DNA of 64,000 nt from the NCBI GenBank assembly GCA_044892525.1, contig CM097888.1, positions 38,068,001 through 38,132,000 on the forward strand, in the 5' to 3' direction. Origin of the DNA: Schmidtea polychroa (Eukaryota). Position 1 is the stretch's first letter. Each line of letters opens with the position of its first letter. The translations under genes were made by a program, and so were the position numbers. Positions 49,501 through 61,200 of this stretch are shown here, in pieces. Below the pieces are notes generated by a model. That model saw nothing but the letters and a program-made list of their open reading frames with translations, was not told the DNA's origin and searched no databases.

Positions 49501-52192
49501 CTTATATTTGTTATTCATAATGTTGTAAATAAAATTAATAATAAAAAATAAACTTAAAATAGTCTGATTCTAAAATCCTTCGAATTCAGTATCAGATTCA
49601 TCACTAGCAAAATGTTCAATAATGTCATCAGGTGATAGTTCCACTATATCTATGTATGTTTTCTTCTAGGTCCTGTTCATTTCCATTGACTTCAAAAATG
49701 GTGTCATCTTCTGTTCTATCTAGAGCAGTGTTTCTCAAACTTTTTGCATTTATTACCCTTTCGTTATTTATTTAATTTTTAAGTACCCCAGTAAGATTTT
49801 AAACGTGCACGAGTAACTAAAACATTAATTTTGACAACTAACAAGTTTTAATTGGTTTTTCTTTATATTACATATAGTTATATAATAAAAAAATTTAAAA
49901 AGAAATGGCTACAATGAGCCTGTTTGACTGAAACTAAAAATTCTATTCTTGGGTTCCTGCAAGCTAAAATTATATCATTTTCGGGACACAGACTATTTAT
50001 AATTTTATTTTTTAATTCCGTTACAACAGAAAAACTAATTTTATACAAATACGCAGTTGAAAATGGCAAAGTTCTAAGAAAGCAGCATTTCTTAATTCAT
50101 TATACTCATTTTTGGGTTTTTTCCAAAAGGCTTAAACATCTTCCATTTTCAATATGGTATCCACGGAAAGATCCATTAGTTTTCCATTCATAATATCTGA
50201 AATTCTGGCTTGTTCAATAAATTTGTCATTAAACAGGCCCATAACCCAGAGCTTACTGTTGTATTCCTCCTCATCCATACAAGGAAAATATTGTTCGAAG
50301 GTTAATTCTAAATTTGTAAAATTTGTGGTTATTGTGGTTTTGAAACTTTCACTTAAAGTAATTTTGTTTTCTTGAATAAAGTTAGTAAGCTGTGAAAATG
50401 ATATAAAATTTCCGTATAACACATTTCTCTTCTAAAACAATATTTTCTTCTTGAATGCATTTACTTTATCATGTGTTCTGAAAATAATTGAATTAACTTC
50501 CTTTAACTGAGGATTGTTGCACTGAAGAACATTTCTTATTTAATTTGATCAGAAAGCGGTTCATTTGTACTGGTAGGTTAACGAAAAATTTTAATTTACA
50601 TGAAAATTATATTATGTTAACACAAAATACTTTTAATTATTTCAACAAATATTGCTAATTAATTAGATTCACTGCAAAATTCAGTTAAATACCATATTAA
50701 AACAATACTATTATTACCCCAAACTTAATTAACTCAGCAAATGTCCACACCATATACAATATTTTCTGCAAATATTTTGGAATTTGTATTTGGAAGCACC
50801 ATTGAATTGATATTAATTCGCAGCAAAAAGTATTTATTTAAAAATTATATATTTAAAAAAAGTATTTATTCTTAGCCTACCCGTTATGTATTAAATCACA
50901 ATCTGTGTAATTTCATTTTCCACGAATTTATAATTTTCAACAATACTTCTTTAAATACATATTTTATTGGAGTAACTTTAATATTTTTTCGCGTACCTCA
51001 CTTTGAGAAACACTGATCTAGACCATTGTTAATGCGAAATTTTCAAAAAGGTTCTTGAATCATATCAAGTGACATAGAATCCTAGGCATCTTTTACTCAG
51101 TGACAAATAAAAAAAAATGTTGGGTCTCTCAGGAAGTTCTCTCTTTTTATAATTTCATCAGAACATTCATTCTGATCACATCTGGCGGACATTATCTAGG
51201 AAGAGTTTGTTAAAACAGACGTCAAGCAGATAAAACTTGGAGGTCTAACCGCCGGGTATAACGGATATGTCGAAGTGCTTCTTTACAACAGCAGTTGCGA
51301 TAGTTTCTTTCATATGCGCACTGAATATATTCCAAACCAAATGATCTCTTATCTATCAGAGTACCAGGTCGGCGGTCCTACCCATTTTTCAGCCAATAAA
51401 GAACAACAGCTTCTTACTTTTCTGATGAGCTCTGACGATGACACCTGATTGCAATTTCGCATCTTTAGCAGGAGTTTTCCGTTTAAATATAACAAATGAC
51501 TTTAATTTAGTTACATCAGCCATGTAGTCAAGGACAACAGCAAAATGCATTTCTCGTGACCATACTCTTTTCTTCAACTTCTAATTCTGCCTTCTTTTTA
51601 AGTTAGTCTATAATTGTAATTTCAGAGATTCCTAATTATCGCGCTGCTACTGAATAGTTACTAGGTTCTACTATTTCGATAGCTCTCAGTTTGAAAGACG
51701 TATCATAAAAAGACCGTTTTCTTTTTACACTCATTTTATAAACTCTAGATAAAAATTTAATTTAAACTAAGAGTGGTTTATTAATTATTCTTATTTATAT
51801 TCTTACTTACTAAAATGTTTACTAAGAGTTTTAATAAGAGTTACAAAATTAGATTCTGAATAAGGCATTTGCTGAATAAAATACTTAAATAACTTTGGCT
51901 TACGTATACAATTAAGATTTTATGTAAGAATACATGTGACTCATGGTGTAAAAGGATCAAAGAATGACCCGATTTAAAGCAAAATATACTTGTAAATATT
52001 TTTCATTGCATAATTAAATTTTATATTTTTATTCCATTGGTAATTATTAAAACAAAAAATTTTCCTTTGATGAGAAATTGAGAGTTCGTTAGTCTACGAT
52101 TCCTTTGATAATATTAAGTTGGGCGTAAACTAATCCCTTTTATCATATTGAAGTCTAGTTGTAAATTTTAAGATTAATTCACTGCTTACATA

Positions 52193-52230
<38 letters not shown>

Positions 52231-55200
52231 TTGTTTTGATTTTATATATTTAATTTTCCATTTGTTATGGAAATTGGATAAATGATTTTCGCAATTTGTT
52301 AAATAATTTTGATATGCTATTAACAATAACAACAGAGTAGAATAGAGTGATAAATGAAAAAATATAATTTAGAGAAAAAATCAACTATGCTGAGAATTTT
52401 TGATGTTTTACAGAGACGTTTGTAAGATTCCAACAGCACAATTAATTTCACTGAAATATTGTACCTTCCATAAAACCTCTTATTCGTTGCTTCTTTCTGG
52501 TATTCCAAATAGATAATATGGCAATGGCAATGTATGGTTGTAAAGCCATTTTATGAATACTAATTAATTATTAGTTATTGATTATTTTTTATATAAAAAT
52601 TTTGAATATTAAATAGATTTTTGAAGACAATTACGTGTTTTGATTTATACATTGCGAGGATATAAAAATAACTAATTATCTCAACGTTGACTGCCACGTG
52701 AGTTAAATACAACTAGCATTTACAATGGAAATAGGTGCCATGTGAGTTACATATTATTCACATATAAGCATAGCAAGGTAGTGTGGCCTCACAAAAACTT
52801 CATCAATTTCTGAGGCTGCAGTTAATATGTTAAACATGAAATGGGCAGTCATTTTGATGCGTTATAATATATTAATCTAAAAATTAATCTAATTAATAAT
52901 ATATCAAGTAAACTATAATAAAACATGGAGAATGAAAGAAAATAGAATGTAGTATTTAAAATTAAATTTACTGATGTATATATTCTAGAAGTACTCGTTT
53001 AGTTGTTATACTGGATTATGGCAATGTTAATTAAAATATGAAATTCGAGTAAATTAACAGTTATCTGATCGGAGGCTTATTTAAGATTATTAGGAGGTTC
53101 ATCCTGTAAAACATTAAAATCAGTTTTTGTTTCCATAAATTTTATTTCAGTAAATATCAGTATCAAATTATATCTTTCTTTCGATCCTTTTTCCATCTTT
53201 ATTTCTTAAGATGTATCGTCTGTCATGCACTTTCTCTATCATTTTGTACGGACCTTCATACCTGTCCTGGCCTTTGTGTCGTGTTTCTACTTTTACTAAT
53301 ACTTCTACATTGAATTTTCTCCTTGTTTGTTCTTCTAGTTCTTCCTTTATCGGTATTTCTTTGGACCCGTACCATTTTTCCCTGCTAATCTTTTTTCCAA
53401 AAACTATCTCTGCCGGGCCTTTCCCTGTCGTTTTTTGTTTGGTTGCATTTAAAGTGAATTCGACTTCTGGTAATATCTCTGCCCAATCATTCTTCTTTCT
53501 ATCCTGTAAAGTAGCATTTATCAAATCCCGTATTGTCCTGAATTGTCTTTCTATCTGACCGTTTGTTTGGTGATGGTATGGACTCGAAAAACATAATTTA
53601 ATATCTAGCATCTTTGTGAATTCTCTCATCATTCCTGATTCAAACGCCTTTCCGCAATCAACTCTTATCTCCTTTGGGCATCCAAATCTTAAAATCCACT
53701 TTTCTAAAATCGTTTTCTTTATTGTTTCTTCGTCTTGTTTTGTTATCGCTGTCAAGACTTGATACTTACTATACTGATCTATTATGATCTATTATACTTC
53801 TTACGTCCTTTTGTTTCTGTCAACGGTCCACATAAATCCACGAATATAATTTCGAACATTTCCTTCGAATCTTGTTTTTTTACTGGTTCTTTCGTTGTTA
53901 TTGTTAAAGCCTTGGTTTTTTGACAAATCTCACAACTTCGAACAATTTCCTGAATCTGACTCCACAGGTGTTTTCCAACATATCTATCTTTAATATAATC
54001 GGCTATCTTCTCGACTCCAGCATGACACAATAGTCTATGTATTTCCTTTATTGTTTCTTGTAACTCATTTTCAGGTATCATCGTTTTCTTTCGTACTTCT
54101 TCTACAATTCCATGTTGGATGTTGCTTCTTCCTTCTTCTCTGATCGAGTCTAGTAATCTGGTTTTTATCTTTCCTTTCTTAGCTTCTTCGTGGGCCATTT
54201 GACATTGAACACACGTGTCACATTTAGTTCTCGACACCATGTCTGCATTTTGGTGATTAATACCCTTTCTGTATTCTACTCTTATATCTAAACTGCTCAA
54301 ATAATTGATCCATGTTTGGAATTGTGAAGTAATCGGCTTCTTGGTTGTCATCATAAACGTGATTGCCTTGTGGTCTGTCCTGAGCGTGAATCTTCTTCCG
54401 TAGAGATAGTGCTTAAAATGAATGCAAAAATAATATACCGCCAATAGTTCCTTTCTTGTAATACAATATCCTTTCTCGTGGCTCGTCATCGAGTGTGATC
54501 CATACGCAATTACTCTTTCCTTTCCATCTTTATCTCTTTGTGAAAGTACTGCTCCAATGGTATCGAAACTAGCGTCGGTATCTAAAATGAACTCCTTTTT
54601 CAGATCCGGAAAACATAAGATTTGCACCGTCGTGAGTGCTAATTTCAATCCCTCAAACACGCTATTCGTTCCTTCACTCCATTCTAATTTTTTGTTACTT
54701 GGTCCGCTACATAATTGTTCTAACATCCTTGCCTTCTTTGCATAATCACTGATGAATCTTCTATAATAATTGCAAATACCTAAAAAGCTTCGGAGTTTCT
54801 TTACGCAATTAGGCTTCCCAAAGTTCTGTATGGCCTGAATTTTAGATGGATCTGTCTGTACTCCTTCCTTGCTGATTATATGTCCTAAGAATCTGATTTC
54901 TTCCTTTATTATTTGGCATTTTTCTGGATTAATCCTTAGGCCTGCTTCCTCAATCGCCTTTAACACTTCTCCGAGTATTGTATAGTGTTTCTCTTTACTG
55001 CTTGAATAAATCAAGATGTCGTCCAAATACACCATTGCTACCTTTATTTTGCCTAATACTTTTGTCATCATTTCTTGGAACGTACCTGGTGCTGCTGCAA
55101 TTCCAAACGGCATTCTGCTGAAACAATATTGTCCGTTCTTTGTTGAGAAAGCTGTTTTCTCCTGTGATTCTTCTTCTAGTTCCACTTGGTAATATGCATT

Positions 55201-58200
55201 ACCTAGATCGATTGAACTGAAAAAGACGGATCCTCCTAACAAATCCAACATCTCGTCTATGTTTGGCATTGGAAATGCCTGCCTATTATAAGTTTCTCAT
55301 CAGTTACTCATTGAAAAAAATACAAAGTTTTTGAAAGATAGATAATTTTTGTTCAACACATTTAATAAGTTCTTCATTAAGACCTAATTTAATGTGTAAT
55401 GGTGAAAAATTCGTAGCTGGTGATTTAACTAATGATATATTAATCAAATTTCGGAAATCTTTTTTTATTTTTTTAAGCATCTTTTAAAAGACCTGAATTT
55501 AAGAAAGTACAAGAAACAGTCATCCTTATGGTTTTTCCGTTGTCATTAAATGTGAGTGTTCCAAATCTAAATGAGGATAGTTTTCCTATTGTTCAACAAC
55601 TTATGTTTTCCACTGAAATTCCTCAAGGAATATAAGGAGGTCATAATGAAAAATAATATTGAGTTTATTTTGTTAACATCTAAATAGATACTTTAGAATG
55701 TTGCAGACATAGAAACTAATTTTTTTGAAAACTCATAATGAACCATAAATTAAAAAAACTTTAAAAAGAAATAAGGACTTTGTTTTAACAGATACAAAGA
55801 AAAGGTGATATTAATCCAGTAATAAATATAATATAAAACATGTTTTATTCATTTTTTTCAAAAATTAATTGTTTTTATAAGATTGAAATCCCACTGGCAT
55901 TATTTGATTTAGCTTAAATAAACTGGGGAATTTTATGATTGTAAAGAGTACCCCTGAAACTGGTATTCATCTACAATTGAAATCCTGAAGCATTTTTTGT
56001 TTGAATTTTGGTTAAATTATTCAGCAATATTTAATAACTGATTGCAGCCAATTAATATTATAACATCTTACCGAAATTCATAGAGGTTAATGCAATTTTA
56101 TAAGCTGAAATTTTTCCTCCGACAATTAAAATTGTAGAATTATTTTTCAAAGACAATTGGCCACCAATACTAATAAATTCTCTATTATATTTATTCCATG
56201 TACGTTTTAAAACATCGAATTGATAAATTATTGGTGAAATTTTGGTCTGGGTTTTGTTATTCGAGTCTTCAGTCACAATTTTTCCACCGACAACAAAAAT
56301 CTTATAATTAATGAAAACCATTGCGTGAAGGTATAGTTGCGGTCCGGAATTATCAATAACTGTCCTATTCAAATATACATAAACAAATATAAATATTCGG
56401 AACTAAAATTAATTATAAAATTATTCAAGAAGTGAGAATAACAAAGATTACTTCACCTTACAACCAAGATTTTAGCTTTCTTTTGTATTCTGTCCGTAAT
56501 TTATGCACATTTGGTGAATTTGGTTTAACAAAATCAAATTCAGCCATAGTTAATTAAGGTCCCATAAAACGAGAGAAAAAATGTTGGTAAAAAAATTCAT
56601 TTTATCAAATTATTAACCATAATTTTTTATAGTGTAAATCCGGGGTTAGCAACCTTCGTGCATTGCGAGCCACATTAAATTTTAAAAAGAATGGTGTAGG
56701 CTGCATTATTGAAAAAACAATAAACATATATTTGAATAAATAGTTAAACATACATGGCAATGATTTAATTATAAGATAACGTAAATCAAACATTCTTCTC
56801 ACAATATATTTCGACAGTTTTCATCAGGTGGGATATAATAACTATGTAAATTAAGGATTTTAAACAAATTTATTAATTATATATAAAAAAAATTTTATTT
56901 AATAAAAACATTTAATTGTTTTTAAAAAACTAGGGGCTCCGCCCCTGTTCGCTTCGCTTCAACAACCCCGTTAGAACGCTAGAAATAATAGCGGTAAAAT
57001 GATAATCATATCACGTTTGAAGAAGGGAACGAAGCGGAGGCGTTACGTAAGCATAGTATAACTATGTTATTAGAGTTTTTTAAGTTAAACATGATTGATG
57101 AATTTAGTCGAACACTTCCATATGATAAAATTCTAACGGGATAGGTGAAAAATAAAAAAAAAATTTTTAAATAAATAATAAAAAATTTAAAAAAAAGAAA
57201 AATTANNNNNNNNNNNNNNNNNNNNNNNNNNNNNNNNNNNNNNNNNNNNNNNNNNNNNNNNNNNNNNNNNNNNNNNNNNNNNNNNNNNNNNNNNNNNNNN
57301 NNNNNNNNNNNNNNNNNNNNNNNNNNNNNNNNNGAGGGAACCCTTAGCTTTTTTATATATAGAGATTATAATTAAATTAATATATTATTTTTTTTAATTT
57401 TAGCATTCAAGATTTAATTTAATAATTTAAAAATTTTATTAATTATTTAATTTACTACAAACCATCAATACATACAATATAAAAAAACTTATTTAAAAAC
57501 ACTCAAAACACAAGTATTTACTGCATTCTGCACATTAATTGTCGGATTCAATGACTTTATCAACAACGCCTCACAAATCACACGTTTCCAATAATTATCG
57601 AAATTTTTTAATAAAATTTTAAAATCAGACATATAATTAATAAATTTGTTTAAAATCCTTAATTTACATAGTTATTATATCCCACCTGATGATGACAGGA
57701 AAACTGTCGAAATATATCGTGTAAAGAATGTTTGATTGGCGTTATCTTATAAACATATTTGATACATTTTTTTTGCAAAAATTCACAAATTGTCATTACA
57801 TCTCTTCAGAAAATAATAGCGGTTATTATAGAACTAATGCTCGCCCCAACAGTAAGAAAACTCATAATTGAGATTATGAACACCACATGTGTATAAATAA
57901 CGGAAATGGGAATAAGGCTGAAAAAGTACGCTAAAATCTCGGTTATAAGACGTAGTCACCTTTGTTATTCTTAATCATTTTGACTGACATTTGTTGGCTC
58001 CAAGTTGCATGGCGGCATCACGAAGTACGTGTATAAACATATTATTGACATGGTAAGTATGATCAATTTTTATGGGCCACATACAAATTTCAACAACACA
58101 CTTATTTTTTATCAAATATAAATTTCCATCTTCAAAAATTTAATTTCTTAAAGTTTTTGTCTTTCGAGATAAAGTTTTCGACTAACAGGTCCATTGTGAT

Positions 58201-61200
58201 ATTCACAGATCAAATATTTAAGGGCAAAAATTTGCACTTGATAAAAATATGTGTGCATTATGAAAATTTATATACTTTTGACATCAAATCTCTTGTTTTG
58301 CTAATTCCATGTAACAAAATAGCAGAAATGTTTGAATATTTTTTTGAAAAATTTCCTTTCTTTAAATACATTTTTGAAAGTTTCAATTTTGTAAATATGA
58401 AGATTATTGAAAATGTCAAAATAAATATACCAAGTTAAGATTCGCATTTCTCAATTCAACAAAAACAAACTCAATATTATGTGTTGTAGAGATTTTAAAA
58501 ATGATTCTAACTGATAAAGGGTACGAAAAGTCAATTACGAAGTAAATTACTAAGAAGCTCTTCGGTTTTAGCAAAGCATAACTAATGTGAATAGGAATGA
58601 GAGGCCAATATTAGATCTAAAAATTTTTACTAAAGCCCAAAAACAATTGTTAATTACGAATTGCAGAATTTCAATGGCTTTCAAGCGATCAAAAACCGAT
58701 ATTAATAAAAATTCTCGTTCGTGGACCGATAATCTGGTAAGATTTGAAAAAGCCATTCAACTACGAAAAAGCATCCCATGTTTGGAAGTATCGTTGGAGA
58801 ATTACTGCAAAATACCTCTGAAAAGTGCTATCATTGGCAGATATCATTATCTTGCAAAAATCGAGGAGTGTCGCAAAAGAAAATTTAAAATGATCGCGGA
58901 AGAATTGGAGTTTTTGTGGATCAGAAAATTAAATTTCCATTTCATAAAATTGAAGTCTATAGCGAGAAGAGTGGACAATTTAATATCTGAACACAACACC
59001 TTATTAAAGCGTCCCAGTCAGAAAGATGAAAAAGTAACTTTTGCTGGTATATTTGACATCACCTGTACAAATTGAGAGTGGTTTAGTGGGGAAGATAAAC
59101 TCAGAAACTAACTATGCTGAATCCTACAAGCCTATTGAAAAAAAGAATATTGTCTTTCAGCACCATTCAACAACTGAAGGCTCTAGCGTTCAAAGAAATA
59201 ATAAATAAAAGCTTTAGAATAAATAAGGGTGAGAAATTTTCCCCTTCGGCCTTGATTGGTCAGTTGGATTGAATGAAATAAAATTTGATTTTTTTAGCAT
59301 TAGTACCAGGAGGGTCTGTATTATGCAAGCAATTATCTGCTGACGGTATCAGCTTGCCCACGCCATCCCATGTAGAAATTCTGAAAGCAATGAAGAAACA
59401 GGCTGAAAAGATGAAAATAAATATGAAGAGTACTTTGAATTGATATATCTTTCACTATTTCATCGACAATGGAGAATTCCCGTACATTAAATTTCGTGGA
59501 CTATGAAATTTGAGCAATCCACGGTGGAATTCACGTGGAATCTGTGCTATCCTAGCTTTTATATTATTGCCTGAAATGAGAAATCGATTGCATCAGATAT
59601 GTTCAATTATTTGTGGAATCTGGTTGGACATTTGGTTTTCAGATCACAATATTCAAGAAAATGCCTATACTAAGTTATCAGAAAGTCTTCAAAATTATGA
59701 AAATACTAAAAAGGGTTTTGATAACCACTGGAGTAAAGAACCATCGATAATTAACAGCCAGCGCAGCAATATTTGTGCTGAGAGGGACATACATGTTATG
59801 TAATTGCAAATCTCCTGAATCTCAATTTACGCTTTATATTCAGTAACAAGGATTTATGACATAACATGTTGCTTCACTTTCAAAACCATTATTACACAAA
59901 GAAGAAATCTTATATTTTTTGGTGAGTGATGTTTTTGAAAGGAAAACCAAAAGTAAATATATATTTTCTACTTTTTTTCTCGTAGTGTAGGACCATGACC
60001 GTCACATTTTCAGAAAAAAAGTCAAAAGGTTACCACCCTAATGTCAACTACTTTGTATTAGTCACACTTGTCTTTAATTAGAAAAAAATTAGTGACGTCG
60101 GAAAATACGGACATTGAGTAAATTTTAGTTTCAATTTGATATACACGATATTATATGTTATAACACTTAATTCTTCAATCATAATATATTAATTATCATA
60201 ACCACTGTATAATTGAATTATAATAATTTCGAAATCGACAATTTTAACAGAAATTGTAAAATTTCAAAATTCAACATTCTCATACATAATTTCAAATACA
60301 TATTTTAAATAATTTACTTTTTTAAGTACTTAAATAAACACGGTAAAGACTTTATTAATAAAAATCGCCATTCATACATCTTTTTCACTATATATGTTGA
60401 TAGCATCACTATTATCCTCAGGTTACCTGTATTCACTAGGGATGAATAACTATACAATATTGATAATTTATGAACAAATTATTAAATCTATAAATTTTTA
60501 AATTATAAATAACAATTTTAAATAATAATTTTCAAAAATAATTATTAACAAACAATTATTTTACACTTAAAATTCTTTAAAAATATTATTTTAATTATTT
60601 TTTTTAATTATTTAACATAACTATTATTCAATATACATCAACATACAAAAACTTAATTAAAAACATTCAACACAGACGTATTCACTGCATTCTGCACATT
60701 GATTTTAGGATTGAAAGTTCTTATCAATAATGCTTCACATTTCACACGCTCAAAACAATTATCAAAATTTTTTGATAAGATTTTAAAATCCGACATTTCT
60801 AATTCACTCATACAGACTTTATTATGATCCTTAAAATTGGACACTCTCTTCGGTCGACAGTGTTCTTGAACTCGAGTAGAGATGACAGGAAGTCTCTCCA
60901 ATGTATGTGGCATTACACCCATTACATGTGAATTGATAAACGAGATCCGAACACAATCCAACGGGCGTTTGAGATTTACTAACAAACATACTACGTACTT
61001 TGCACGATTTCGAAACAATTCTATAATTCGATTTACCCAGCTGTTTACCTATCATTTTTTTGAAATCTTTATATCATTCAGAATACAGCAATACCATCGT
61101 ATATTTCGGCTCAACTTGTTTGATAGTATCAATACTCATATTCACTACATCATTCGACATATCAGTCAATTTACATTCATTCATACTACGATCCTTAGCA

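Larger units (their letters stand above)
56770..57755 (-). mobile_element. 5'-truncated Penelope-like element (GIY-YIG end plus 3' tail) with an inverted second tail
   Basis: Minus-strand MSDFKIL..NFDNYWKRVICEALLIKSLNP.INVQNAVNTCVLSVFK* (stop 57489-57491), AT-rich tail and hammerhead M2. The same tail restarts in plus orientation from a junction at 57631-57632, the classic PLE inversion structure. Confidence 0.85.

Noticed and set aside
55285-55310. CTGATGAGAAA on the minus strand next to the Gypsy fragment
   Set aside because: No stem II at all; likely chance.
55290-55640. SPLHIKLGL motif suggesting another DNA transposase remnant
   Set aside because: A single short motif amid stops; superfamily not assignable.
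10428-57333. ORF-track entries running through N gaps, and the many short antisense or low-complexity ORFs
   Set aside because: Artefacts of gaps, microsatellites or the opposite strand of real coding or TE sequence.
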